NCBI RefSeq assembly: GCF_018977255.1
Contig: NW_024705401.1
Coordinates: 1-47,991 of the forward strand
DNA from: Callorhinchus milii
Taxonomy: Eukaryota
Direction of reading: 5' to 3'
DNA length: 47,991 bases
Shown: one piece after another, positions 24,321 through 40,929 of the stretch
Layout of the letters: each line of letters starts with the position of its first letter
How positions within the stretch are numbered: the first letter of the stretch is position 1
The notes under the pieces: generated by a model
Database searches by the model: none
Seen by the model: only the letters and a program-made list of their open reading frames with translations
What the model was told of the DNA's origin: nothing
Translations under genes and position numbers: made by a program

Positions 24321-24959
24321 CTACACTTGAAAATCCCAGAGATAAGAATGTTGCAATGCTTTGCAAACACTCTCCTTCAAAGGACTCATCTTGCTTGCAT
24401 AATTCCGGAGAGTATAATAACTGGTGAGCCCAGAGTGTGTGTTGGGGTAACTGCTGGAGTCTAACCAGCTAAACCCACACAGCTTGGCCATGGAGAGAGA
24501 GAGAGAGCACTGTCTGGACAGCTTTCCCGCTGCTTGTCCAGCTAGAACCACCCTCCCCATTAGTTAGTTAGTCAGGGCTTTGGCTGCGGGGCTAACAGGA
24601 GCTCAGGGGGAGGATTCCCTGCCCCCCCCAGCGACTGGTCAGCCCTTCCAGTTCCTGCTGATGAGCCAGGCCGGGCTGTGCTGCCATCAGCAGTGAGTGT
24701 CCTGGGTTACTGTGGACCCTCCTGGCTCAGGAACCAGACTAGAGACCGGCACAGAGACCGGGATCGTTTCTGACACTCCGTTGCCAGGTCTGTCACCTTT
24801 GGGGCCAGTTCAGCTCCAAACAGACACCACTCACCCCCTCCTGAAAGAGAATAGTCACCAGTTGGTTGTTTGACATCTGCCAAATGTGGGTTTGAGCCCT
24901 CACTAGCGTACAAGGAAGTGCCTGCAAACTTCCTGGTGGACAACACAGCTCAGCATGAA

Positions 24960-25190
24960 ATGCGTGAGAGCATGTCCCTTCCTCTTCAACATATACATGC
25001 TCTCACTCAGAGATGTCATCCGCAAGGATGGAGTCAATTTCCACATTTTTGTGGATGACACCCAACTCCATCTCGTTGCCTCCACTCTCGACTCCAGGAC
25101 CACTGCTATCTTGGCTGATTGTCTGCCTGTCATCAAGTCCTGAATGAGAGCTAACTTCCTCCAGCTCAATGTTAGCAAGACAGAGTTGTG
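24960..25190 (+). mobile_element. L2 RT fragment
   Basis: FLFNIYMLSLRDVIRKDGVNFHIFVDDTQL. Confidence 0.75.
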
Positions 25191-25645
25191 TTGTTGTTGT
25201 ATCTTCCTGTCCACAACTCGGGCACATGTCCCTTTCCAATGAGTGATGGTTCCACCAGTTGGAGGTATAGAGCTTAAGCAGCAGCTGCTTACCTCTCTGC
25301 AGACTAATTAAGTTAGGTTCCAGACGCTGAACGTAGAATTGTGTGTTCACGACTCGATCCATGTAACACCCTCCAGCAGCTGTTGCCCCAACCTTCAGAA
25401 TTTCCTCATCAGCTATCTGGCAGGCTTCTGCCTTCAGCATGTTGGGGGATCTTTTACAGGTCAGCTTGTGACGACCAGTCACCATGATGTTCTTGAGCTC
25501 CAAGTTCAATATCATGAACCAGGTTTTCCCAGCAGTATCAAAATCTGGGGGTAGATAGTTCAATCCCTGGATAGCTATCAGGAGCAGAGGAATCCTAGCT
25601 GATTTCACCCCATCCTAACCCAAGCGAGTGTTAGAGGAGGCTTAC

Positions 25646-25732
25646 CCTATCCACCGAGCGAGGATCACACTGCTCACACAGGTAGTGTTCGACGTCTGCT
25701 GTGACCAGCATGCAGTCGCAGTGCTGCCACAC
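25646..25732 (-). CDS. ASH1L: ASH1L coding exon (PHD finger C-terminal half)
   Basis: Read by hand: [29 protein letters not shown], completing the C4HC3 PHD; cAG/GTAAG; 87 nt. Confidence 0.95.
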
Positions 25733-26296
25733 CTGGGATAGAGGGGAGAAGTCAGACATGAACATACAGCACTACTGCTCTGGCGGAGAGGACAAGGGCT
25801 GCTCTGCTTAGAGGATGGAAGCTACCCTTCCAAATGGTAATTGCTGTCCTTTCCCTACTCTGTAGAATCACTGTGAATTCAGTGAGGATCACTGCAAAGT
25901 GTAGTGACTGTGTTTTTCAGGCAAATGTAGCAGCCAATTTGCACACAACAATGTCCCACAAAACAACAATAAATTCAATGGGCGTAGGGAGAGACAAAGA
26001 AAAATAATCTCCTTCCTTCACTTCTCTTTACAATGTCACATGAACGTTAATTCTTTAATAAGAAAATAAGGATATCTACAACTATGCAGTCCTCTCTCCT
26101 CCGCTCCCACTGGAGCATCTGACAAACTGTTAGCTCACCTTGAATTCAACCTTCTGAACCTGAGCCAAGAGTGCTACCAACTAAGCCAAACTACATATGT
26201 GTAAAAGAGCTGATATTATTACACATGAAGGCCGAGCTAACACTCCAGCAGTGTTGAAGCAACCAATATCACTGCAGGACAAGGTACAGTCCTCAC

Positions 26297-26545
26297 CATG
26301 CACTTCTCACACTGGATCATCAGCCCCTCGTCCTTGTACAGGCCACAGATGCAGCGGATGACGTCGTCGTCCTTCTCGTTACTGTTCTCCTTCTCCCCAA
26401 TGGAGATGTCGCTGCTGTCCGCCTCGCTGGCTGTCTCCCCGATGATCTCATCAATCTGAGCCGCAGCTTCGTGACGAGCGTTGTAGTAAACCTTCCTCAG
26501 CCGGCTCACGTCTCGGCCCGTGGCAGATTTCCTGCCGTAATATTT
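26297..26545 (-). CDS. ASH1L: ASH1L coding exon (end of bromodomain, start of PHD finger)
   Basis: [45 protein letters not shown]...[25 protein letters not shown]; 249 nt, phase 0-0, AG/GTGAGG. Confidence 0.96.
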
Positions 26546-26641
26546 CTGAGAGGAAACAAGCAGCAGCACACTCAGGTGGTACTCAATACAAAATATAGGA
26601 GATTGATTGCAGAAATATTTCTACAACAGGTTAGAGACCCA

Positions 26642-27186
26642 GTAAAGCTCCCTCTACACTGTGCGTCCACACTCCCAGGTCAGGGTTACAGACACAGTAA
26701 ACCTCCTCTACACTGTGCGTCCACACTCCCAGGTCAGGGTTACAGACACAGTAAAGCTCCTCTACACTGTGTGTCCACACTCCCAGGTCAGGGTTACAGA
26801 CACAGTAAACTTCCTCTACACTGTGCGTCCACACTCCCAGGTCAGGGTTACAGACACAGTAAAGCTCCTCTACACTGTGTGTCCACACTCCCAGGTCAGG
26901 GTTAGAGACACAGTAACGCTCCCTCTACACTGTGTGTCCGCACTCCCAGGTCAGGGTTACAGACACAGTAACGCTCCTCTACACTGTGCGTCCACACTCC
27001 CAGGTCAGGGTTACAGACACAGTAAAGCTCCCTCTACACTGTGCGTCCACACTCCAAGGTCAGGGTTACAGACACAGTAAAACTCCTCTACACTGTGCGT
27101 CCACACTCCCAGGTCAGGGTTACAGACACAGTAAAGCTCCCTCTACACTGTGACTACGTCCACACTCCCAGGTCAGGGTTAGAGAC
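26642..27186. repeat. 54/55-bp minisatellite, ~10 copies
   Basis: Unit gtaaagctcctctacactgtgcgtccacactcccaggtcagggttacagacaca, tandem and near-identical, with no spacers. Confidence 0.95.
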
Positions 27187-27325
27187 TTCCCCCAAAGCTC
27201 ACAAGGTTTCCATCTCCTAGCGTGTAAGGAACATGTGAGTATTGCCCTGCAGTCAGTGGACTGCAGTTGTGCTCTACTGCTAGAGGTTTAGAGCAGAGCT
27301 GAGCGCTCAGAATGTGCTTGCTCAC

Positions 27326-27458
27326 CTCAGCATTCCTGAAGACTTTCAGCATGTCAGCATCAAAGGCCTCCACCGTCTTGTAGTGACCCGTGAGGATCTG
27401 CTTCTCAATGCTGACAAGGTCAATGGGGTCTGTGATCTTCGCATAGTAATCTGCTTTT
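27326..27458 (-). CDS. ASH1L: ASH1L coding exon (bromodomain)
   Basis: [44 protein letters not shown]; cAG acceptor, GTGAG donor; 133 nt, phase 2-0. Confidence 0.95.
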
Positions 27459-27936
27459 CTGCACAAAAATACAGACTTCTTGTTAGTAGAATTGTGTGCA
27501 AGGGTTGATGCCTGGAGAGCTACCTCTCTTCTCCACCCTGCATTCCCCATCATTACATCCTCTGCCACAAGAGAACTCATGAGGGCTCGCTCGGTATGGC
27601 TACCGCCATGAGCCGCATAGACCAGGTCGATGTTTAGGGTTAGGAGCCGAGGTCATCTCCTAGTGGTGTCTGGGTACTAGCAGTAACCCCACCTAAAGGA
27701 GGAGCATAGTCTCACCCCATCCCACAGAATCAAAGGACGAGGTGATGAAGTTAGCAGGGAAACAGCAGCCTCTCCAGTGGTGGTGAGGGTGTAGGGGGCA
27801 CGGGAGAGAGGGAAGATTTGTACCTATATATAGTATCTAATACAATGTGGTTTCAAGCCAGGAAATGTATGGTTGAGCTGGAAGGGGCAGCTGTTCCATG
27901 CTACATACTGTAACACCGTGCACTTATGTTACTTAC

Positions 27937-27991
27937 TTTTTCCTGGAGGGAAGACTGAGCAATGGTGCAGCCAACACGTGTTCCAATGAAT
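27937..27991 (-). CDS. ASH1L: ASH1L coding exon (55 nt, bromodomain)
   Basis: Read by hand: (D)SLEHVLAAPLLSLPSRK(K), aligning to human DSSRQALAAPLLNLPPKK. tAG acceptor and GTAAGT donor; phase 1-2 fits both neighbours. Too short for the ORF track. Confidence 0.92.
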
Positions 27992-28132
27992 CTAATGAAA
28001 TGGAGGGGAAAAAATTGTAAACTGAACCCCGAAAAGTTACATTTACAACCCACCCACCATGTTTAAAGCTGCCCCACAGGATAATTCAGCCCATGGCAAC
28101 CACTTCCCAAACCCACCATGCAAAAGATGAAC

Positions 28133-31100
28133 GATACACACAAACACATACAGATACACAAACATACACAGATACCCAAACATATGCAGATACCCAAACA
28201 CATACAGACACACAAACACATACAGATACACAAACACATACAGATACACAAACACATACAGATACACAAACACATACAGATACACAAACACACACAGATA
28301 CGCAAACACATACAGATACACAAACACATACAGATACACAAACACACACAGATACGCAAACACATCCAGATACAGAAACACATACAGATACACAAACACA
28401 AACAGATACACAAATACATACAGATACACAAACATACAGATACACAAACACATACAGACACACAAACACATACAGACACACAAACACATGCAGATACACA
28501 AACATACACAGACACACAAGCACATACAGACACACAAACACATAGAGATACACAAACACATAGATACACATCACATACAGATACACAAACACATACAGAC
28601 ACACAAACACATAGAGATACACAAACATACACAGACACATAAGCACATACAGACACACAAACACATAGATACACATCACATACAGATACACAACACATAC
28701 AGACACACAAACACATAGAGATACACAAACACATAGATACACATCACATACAGATACACAACACATACAGACACACAAACACATAGAGATACACAAACAC
28801 ATAGATACACATCACATGCAGCCACACAAACACATACAGATACACAAACACATACAGACAAGCAAACACATAGATACACAATATATAGACATACAAACAC
28901 GTACAGATACACAGAAACATACAGATACGCAAACACAAAACAGACAAACAAACACATAGATACACAACATACAGACGTACAAAGACGTACAGATACACAG
29001 AAACATACAGATACACAAACACATACAGATACACAAACACATACAGATATACAAACACAAACAGATACACAAACACATACAGATACACAAACACATACAG
29101 ATACACAAGCACATACAGATACACAAACACATACACAAACAGATACACAAACACATAGAGATACACAAACATGTACAGACACACAAACACATACAGATAC
29201 ACAAACACATACAGATACACAAACACATACAGCCACACAAACAGATACACAAACACACACAGATACAAAAACACATAGAGATACACAAACACATACAGAT
29301 ACACAAACACATACAGACACACAAACACATACAGATACACAAACACATACAGACACACAAACACATACAGATACACAAACACATACAGATACACAAACAC
29401 ATACAGATACACATACACAAACAGATACACAAACACATAGATACACAAACATATACAGCCACACAAACACATACAGACAAACAAACACATAGATACACAA
29501 CATATAGACATACAAACACGTACAGATACACATAAACATACAGATACACAAACACAAACAGACAAACAAACACATAGATACACAACATACAGACAAACAA
29601 AGACGTACAGATACACAGAAACATACAGATACACAAACATATACAGATACACAAACACATACAGATACACAAACGATACACAAACACATACAGCCACACA
29701 AAGACATACAGACACACAAACACATACAGATACAAAAACACACAAACACATACAGATACCCAAACACATACAGATACACAAACACATACAGACACACAAA
29801 CACATAGAGATACACAAACACATAGAGATACACAAACACATAGAGATACACAAACACATACAGGTACACAAACACATACAGCCACACAAACACATACGGA
29901 CACATAAACACATACAGATACACAAACGCACACAGATACACAAACATATACACAAACAGATACAGCCACCCAAACACATACAGATACACAAACACATACA
30001 GATACACAAACACAAACAGATACACATACACAAACAGATACACAAACACATAGATACACAAACATATACAGCCACACAAACACATACAGACACACAAACA
30101 CACAGATACACAAACACATAGATACACAACACATACAGATACAGAAATACATACAGATACCCAAACACATACAGATACCCAAACACATACAGATACACAA
30201 ACACATACAGATACACAAACACATACAGATACACAAACACATACAGACACACAAACACATACAGATACACAAACACATAGAGCCACACAAACACATACAG
30301 ACATACAAACACATAGAGATACACAAACACATAGATACACAACACATACAGATACAGAAACACATACAGTTACACAAACACAAACAGATACACAAATACA
30401 TACAGATACACAAACACACATAGATACACAAACACATACAGACACACAAACATACAGATACACAAACACATACAGATACACAAACACATACAGACACAGA
30501 AACACATACAGATACCCAAACACATACAGATACACAAACACATACAGACACAGAAACGCATACAGATACACAAACACATACAGATACACAAACACATACA
30601 GATACACAAACACATACAAATACACAAACACATACAGATACACAAACACATACAGACACACAAACACATACAGATACACAAACACATAGATACACAACAC
30701 ATACAGATACAGAAACACATACAGATACACAAACACAAACCGATACACAAATACATACAGATACACAAACACACATAGATACACAAACACATACAGACAC
30801 ACAAACATACAGATACACAAACACATACAGATACACAAACACAAACACGTACAGACAAACAAACACATAGATACACAACATATAGACATACAAACACGTA
30901 TAGATACACAGAAACATACAGATACACAAACACAAACAAACATAGATACACAACATACAGACACACAAACACATACAGATACACAGAAACATACAGATAC
31001 AGAAACACATACAGATACACAGAAACATACAGATACACAAACATATACAAATACACAAACACATACAGATACACAAACGATACACAAACACATACAGCCA

Positions 31101-34100
31101 CACAAAGACATACAGACACACAAACACATACAGATACACAAACACACACAAATACACAAACACATACAGATACCCAAACACATACAGATACCCAAACACA
31201 TACAGATACACAAACACATACAGACACACAAACACATACAGATACACAAACACATACAGACACACAAACACATACAGATACACAAACGCACACAGATACA
31301 CAAACACATACAGATACACAAACACATACAGACACACAAACACATACAGATAAACAAACACATACAGCCACACAAACACATACAGATACCCAAACGCATA
31401 CAGATACCCAAACACATACAGCCACACAAACACAAACAGATACACAAACACACACAGATACACAAACACATACAGATACACAAACACATACAGACACACA
31501 AACACATCGAGATACACAAACACACATAGATACACAAACACATACAGATACCCAAACACATACCGATACACAAACACACACAGATACCCAAACACGTACA
31601 GATACACAAACATACACAGGTACACAAACACATACAAATACACAAACACATACAGATACACAAACAGATACACAAACACATACAGATACACAAACACATA
31701 CAGATACACAAACACATACAGATACCCAAACACATAGAGATACACAAACACATAGATACACAATACATACAGATACAGAAACACATACAGATACACAAAC
31801 ACAAACAGATACAGAAATACATACAGATACACAAACATATACAGATACACAAACACATACAGATACCCAAACACATACAGAAACACAAACACATACAGAT
31901 ACACAAACGCACACAGATACACAAACACATACAGATACACAAACACATACAGGTACACAAACAGATACAGCCACACAAACACATACAGATACACAAATGA
32001 TACACAAACACATAGAGCCACACAAAGACACACAGACACACAAACACATACAAATACACAAACACATACAGACACACAAACACATACAGATACACAAACA
32101 CATACAGACACACAAACACATACAGATACACAAACGCACACAGAAACACAAACACATACAGATACACAAACACATACAGATACACAAACGCACACAGAAA
32201 CACAAACACATACAGATACACAAACACATACAGACACACAAACAAATACAGATACCCAAACGCATACAGATACCCAAACACATACAGACAAACAAACACA
32301 TAGATACACAACATATAGACATACAAACACGTACAGATACACATAAACATACAGATACACAAACACAAACAGACAAACAAACACATAGATACACAACATA
32401 CAGACAAACAAAGACGTACAGATACACAGAAACATACAGATACACAAACATATACAGATACACAAACACATACAGATACACAAACGATACACAAACACAT
32501 ACAGCCACACAAAGACATACAGACACACAAACACATACAGATACAAAAACACACAAACACATACAGATACCCAAACACATACAGATACACAAACACATAC
32601 AGACACACAAACACATAGAGATACACAAACACATAGAGATACACAAACACATAGAGATACACAAACACATACAGGTACACAAACACATACGGACACACAA
32701 ACACATACAGATACACAAACGCACACAGATACACAAACACATACACAAACAGATACAGCCACCCAAACACATACAGATACACAAACACATACAGATACAC
32801 AAACACAAACAGATACACATACACAAACAGATACACAAACACATAGATACACAAACATATACAGCCACACAAACACATACAGACACACAAACACACAGAG
32901 ATACACAAACACATAGATACACAACACATACAGATACAGAAATACATACAGATACCCAAACACATACAGATACCCAAACACATACAGATACACAAACACA
33001 TACAGATACACAAACACATAGAGATACACAAACACACACAGATACACAAAAACATACAGATACACAAACACATACAGACACACAAACACATACAGATACA
33101 CAAACACATACAGATACACAAACACATACAGATACACAAACGCACACAGATACACAAACACATACAGATACCCAAACACATACAGATACCCAAACACATA
33201 CAGATACACAAACACATACAGACACACAAACACATACAGATACACAAACACATACAGACACACAAACACATACAGATACACAAACGCACACAGATACACA
33301 AACACATACAGATACACAAACACATACAGACACACAAACACATACAGATACCCAAACGCATACAGATACCCAAACACATACAGCCACACAAACACAAACA
33401 GATACACAAACACACACAGATACACAAACACATACAGATACACAAACACATACAGACACACAAACACATAGATACACAACATATAGACATACAAACACGT
33501 ACAGATACACAGAAACATACAGATACACAAACACAAACAGACAAACAAACACATAGATACACAACATACAGACAAACAAAGACGTACAGATACACAGAAA
33601 CATGCAGATACAGAAACACATGCAGATACACAAACGATACACAAACACATAGAGCCACACAAAGACATACAGACACACAAACACATACAGATACACAAAC
33701 ACATACAGATACACAAACACATACAGCCACACAAACACATACGGACACACAAACACATACAGATACACAAACGCACAGATACACAAACACATACAGATAC
33801 ACAAACAGATACAGACACACAAACACATAGATACACAAACACATACAGATACCTAAACACATACAGATACACAAACACACAGATACACAAACGCATACAG
33901 ATACCCAAACACATACAGATACACAAACACATACAGACACACAAACACATAGATACACAAACACATACAGATACACAAACATACACAGATACACAAACAC
34001 ATACAAATACACAAACACATACAGATACACAAACATATACAGATACATAAACACATACAGATACACAAACACATACAGATACAGAAACACATACAGATAC

Positions 34101-37100
34101 ACAAACACAAACAGACAAACAAACACATAGATACACAACATACAGACATACAAACACGTATAGATACACGGAAACATACAGATACACAAACACATACAGA
34201 TACACAGAAACATACAGATACACAAACACATACAGAGACACAGAAACATACAGATACACAAACACATACAGATACACAAACACATCCAGATACACAAACA
34301 CATACAGACACACAAACACATAGAGATACACAAACACATACAGATACACAGAAACATACAGATACACAAACACATACAGAGACACAGAAACATACAGATA
34401 CACAACACATACAGATACACAAACGTACACATACACAAACACATACAGACACACAAACACATACAGACACACAAACACATACAGATACACATACACATAC
34501 AGATACACAAACATATACAGCCACACAAACACATACAGACACACAAACACATAGAGATACACAAATGCATAGATACACAACACATACAGATACAGAAACA
34601 CATACAGTTACACAAACACATACAGACAACAAACACATAGATACACAACATAGACATACAAACACGTACAGATACACAGAAACATACAGTTACACAAACA
34701 CATACAGACAACAAACACATAGATACACAACATACAGACATACAAACACGTATAGATACACGGAAACATACAGATACACAAACACATACAGATACACAGA
34801 AACATACAGATACACAAACACATACAGAGACACAGAAACATACAGATACACAAACACATACAGATACACAAACACATCCAGATACACAAACATATACAGA
34901 CACAGATACACATACAGATACACAAACACATACAGGTACACAAACAGATACAGCCACACAAACACATACAGATACACAAATGATACACAAACACATAGAG
35001 CCACACAAAGACACACAGACACACAAACACATACAAATACACAAACACATACAGACACACAAACACATACAGATACACAAACACATACAGACACACAAAC
35101 ACATACAGATACACAAACGCACACAGAAACACAAACACATACAGATACACAAACACATACAGATACACAAACGCACACAGATACACAAACACATACAGAT
35201 ACACAAACACATACAGACACACAAACACATACAGATACCCAAACGCATACAGATACCCAAACACCTACAGCCACACAAACACAAACAGATACACAAACAC
35301 ACACAGATACACAAAAACATACAGATACACAAACACATACAGACACACAAACACATACAGATACACAAACACATACAGATACACAAACACATACAGATAC
35401 ACAAACGCACACAGATACACAAACACATACAGATACCCAAACACATACAGATACCCAAACACATACAGATACACAAACACATACAGACACACAAACACAT
35501 ACAGATACACAAACACATACAGACACACAAACACATACAGATACACAAACGCACACAGATACACAAACACATACAGATACACAAACACATACAGGTACAC
35601 AAACACATACAGACACACAAACACATACAGATACCCAAACGCATACAGATACCCAAACATATACAGCCACACAAACACAAACAGATACACAAACACACAC
35701 AGATACACAAACACATACAGATACACAAACACATACAGACACACAAACACATAGAGATACACAAACACATAGATACACAACACATACAGATACACAAACG
35801 TACACATACACAAACACATACAGACACACAAACACATACAGACACACAAACACATACAGATACACATACATATACAGATACACAAACATATACAGCCACA
35901 CAAACACATACAGACACACAAACACATAGAGATACACAAATGCATAGATACACAACACATACAGATACACAAACACATACAGATACACAAACGCACACAG
36001 ATACACAAACACATACAGATACCCAAACACATACAGATACCCAAACACATACAGATACACAAACACATACAGACACACAAACACATACAGATACACAAAC
36101 ACATACAGACACACAAACACATACAGATACACAAACGCACACAGATACACAAACACATACAGATACACAAACACATACAGGTACACAAACACATACAGAC
36201 ACACAAACACATACAGATACCCAAACGCATACAGATACCCAAACACATACAGATACACAAACACATACAGATACACAAACACATAGAGATACACAAACAC
36301 ACACAGATACACAAAAACATACAGATACACAAACACATACAGACACACAAACACATACAGATACACAAACACATACAGATACACAAACACATACAGATAC
36401 ACAAACGCACACAGATACACAAACACATACAGATACCCAAACACATACAGATACCCAAACACATACAGATACACAAACACATACAGACACACAAACACAT
36501 ACAGATACACAAACACATACAGACACACAAACACATACAGATACACAAACGCACACAGATACACAAACACATAGAGATACACAAACACATAGATACACAA
36601 CACATACAGATACACAAACGTACACATACACAAACACATACAGACACACAAACACATACAGACACACAAACACATACAGATACACATACACATACAGATA
36701 CACAAACATATACAGCCACACAAACACATACAGACACACAAACACATAGAGATACACAAATGCATAGATACACAACACATACAGATACAGAAACACATAC
36801 AGTTACACAAACACATACAGACAACAAACACATAGATACACAACATAGACATACAAACACGTACAGATACACAGAAACATACAGTTACACAAACACATAC
36901 AGACAACAAACACATAGATACACAACATACAGACATACAAACACGTACAGATACACAGAAACATACAGATACACAAACATATACAGACACAGATACACAT
37001 ACAGATACACAAACACATACAGGTACACAAACAGATACAGCCACACAAACACATACAGATACACAAAATGATACACAAACACATAGAGCCACACAAAGAC

Positions 37101-40100
37101 ACACAGACACACAAACACATACAAATACACAAACACATACAGACACACAAACACATACAGATACACAAACACATACAGACACACAAACACATACAGATAC
37201 ACAAACGCACACAGAAACACAAACACATACAGATACACAAACACATACAGATACACAAACGCACACAGATACACAAACACATACAGATACACAAACACAT
37301 ACAGATACACAAACACATACAGACACACAAACACATACAGATACACAAACACATACAGACACACAAACACATACAGATACACAAACACATACAGGTACAC
37401 AAACACATACAGACACACAAACACATACAGATACCCAAACGCATACAGATACCCAAACACCTACAGCCACACAAACACAAACAGATACACAAACACACAC
37501 AGATACACAAAAACATACAGATACACAAACACATACAGACACACAAACACATACAGATACACAAACACATACAGATACACAAACACATACAGATACACAA
37601 ACGCACACAGATACACAAACACATACAGATACCCAAACACATACAGATACCCAAACACATACAGATACACAAACACATACAGACACACAAACACATACAG
37701 ATACACAAACACATACAGACACACAAACACATACAGATACACAAACGCACACAGATACACAAACACATACAGATACACAAACACATACAGGTACACAAAC
37801 ACATACAGACACACAAACACATACAGATACCCAAACGCATACAGATACCCAAACATATACAGCCACACAAACACAAACAGATACACAAACACACACAGAT
37901 ACACAAACACATACAGATACACAAACACATACAGACACACAAACACATAGAGATACACAAACACATAGATACACAACACATACAGATACACAAACGTACA
38001 CATACACAAACACATACAGACACACAAACACATACAGACACACAAACACATACAGATACACATACATATACAGATACACAAACATATACAGCCACACAAA
38101 CACATACAGACACACAAACACATAGAGATACACAAATGCATAGATACACAACACATACAGATACACAAACACATACAGATACACAAACGCACACAGATAC
38201 ACAAACACATACAGATACCCAAACACATACAGATACCCAAACACATACAGATACACAAACACATACAGACACACAAACACATACAGATACACAAACACAT
38301 ACAGACACACAAACACATACAGATACACAAACGCACACAGATACACAAACACATACAGATACACAAACACATACAGGTACACAAACACATACAGACACAC
38401 AAACACATACAGATACCCAAACGCATACAGATACCCAAACACATACAGATACACAAACACATACAGATACACAAACACATAGAGATACACAAACACACAC
38501 AGATACACAAAAACATACAGATACACAAACACATACAGACACACAAACACATACAGATACACAAACACATACAGATACACAAACACATACAGATACACAA
38601 ACGCACACAGATACACAAACACATACAGATACCCAAACACATACAGATACCCAAACACATACAGATACACAAACACATACAGACACACAAACACATACAG
38701 ATACACAAACACATACAGACACACAAACACATACAGATACACAAACGCACACAGATACACAAACACATAGAGATACACAAACACATAGATACACAACACA
38801 TACAGATACACAAACGTACACATACACAAACACATACAGACACACAAACACATACAGACACACAAACACATACAGATACACATACACATACAGATACACA
38901 AACATATACAGCCACACAAACACATACAGACACACAAACACATAGAGATACACAAATGCATAGATACACAACACATACAGATACAGAAACACATACAGTT
39001 ACACAAACACATACAGACAACAAACACATAGATACACAACATAGACATACAAACACGTACAGATACACAGAAACATACAGTTACACAAACACATACAGAC
39101 AACAAACACATAGATACACAACATACAGACATACAAACACGTACAGATACACAGAAACATACAGATACACAAACATATACAGACACAGATACACATACAG
39201 ATACACAAACACATACAGGTACACAAACAGATACAGCCACACAAACACATACAGATACACAAATGATACACAAACACATAGAGCCACACAAAGACACACA
39301 GACACACAAACACATACAAATACACAAACACATACAGACACACAAACACATACAGATACACAAACACATACAGACACACAAACACATACAGATACACAAA
39401 CGCACACAGAAACACAAACACATACAGATACACAAACACATACAGATACACAAACGCACACAGATACACAAACACATACAGATACACAAACACATACAGA
39501 TACACAAACACATACAGACACACAAACACATACAGATACACAAACACATACAGACACACAAACACATACAGATACACAAACACATACAGGTACACAAACA
39601 CATACAGACACACAAACACATACAGATACCCAAACGCATACAGATACCCAAACACATACAGCCACACAAACACAAACAGATACACAAACACACACAGATA
39701 CACAAACACATACAGATACACAAACACATACAGACACACAAACACATAGAGATACACAAACACATAGATACACAACACATACAGATACACAAACGTACAC
39801 ATACACAAACACATACAGACACACAAACACATACAGACACACAAACACATACAGATACACATACACATACAGATACACAAACATATACAGCCACACAAAC
39901 ACATACAGACACACAAACACATAGAGATACACAAATGCATAGATACACAACACATACAGATACACAAACACATACAGATACACAAACGCACACAGATACA
40001 CAAACACATACAGATACCCAAACACATACAGATACCCAAACACATACAGATACACAAACACATACAGACACACAAACACATACAGATACACAAACACATA

Positions 40101-40833
40101 CAGACACACAAACACATACAGATACACAAACGCACACAGATACACAAACACATACAGATACACAAACACATACAGGTACACAAACACATACAGACACACA
40201 AACACATACAGATACCCAAACGCATACAGATACCCAAACACATACAGCCACACAAACACAAACAGATACCCAAACGCATACAGATACCCAAACATATACA
40301 GCCACACAAACACAAACAGATACACAAACACACACAGATACACAAACACATACAGATACACAAACACATACAGACACACAAACACATAGAGATACACAAA
40401 CACATAGATACACAACACATACAGATACACAAACGTACACATACACAAACACATACAGACACACAAACACATACAGACACACAAACACATACAGATACAC
40501 ATACACATACAGATACACAAACATATACAGCCACACAAACACATACAGACACACAAACACATAGAGATACACAAATGCATAGATACACAACACATACAGA
40601 TACAGAAACACATACAGTTACACAAACACATACAGACAACAAACACATAGATACACAACATAGACATACAAACACGTACAGATACACAGAAACATACAGT
40701 TACACAAACACATACAGACAACAAACACATAGATACACAACATACAGACATACAAACACGTACAGATACACAGAAACATACAGATACACAAACATATACA
40801 GACACAGATACACATACATATACACAAACACAT
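28133..40833. repeat. ~12.7 kb satellite of an 18-bp unit (acagatacacaaacacat) with higher-order repeats
   Basis: Continuous variants of the 18-mer. The track lists identical 535-aa translations at 35265-36872 and 37461-39068, i.e. a 2196-bp period. Confidence 0.97.
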
Positions 40834-40925
40834 ATAATATAATAATCCTTGCATTTGATATAGCGCTTTTCACATCTTCTCGACGGCTCAAAGCGCTGCA
40901 CAGGGTAGACTGTAAAGTGAATTGA
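40834..40925 (-). mobile_element. SINE 3' tail fragment bounding the satellite
   Basis: aataatccttgcatttgatatagcgcttttcac...ctgtaaagtgaattga, same tail as the other SINE copies. Confidence 0.85.
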
Positions 40926-40929
40926 GCGT

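Noticed and set aside
26530..26545. Bromodomain lacking the canonical acetyl-lysine-binding Asn (AEKYYG)
   Set aside because: This is the normal ASH1L sequence in vertebrates, not a peculiarity of this locus.
26642..27186. CRISPR-like array or V(D)J RSS cluster (CACAGTG on the minus strand in each unit)
   Set aside because: The units are contiguous with no unique spacers and no cas genes, in a eukaryotic intron. The heptamers have no nonamer at 12 or 23 bp.
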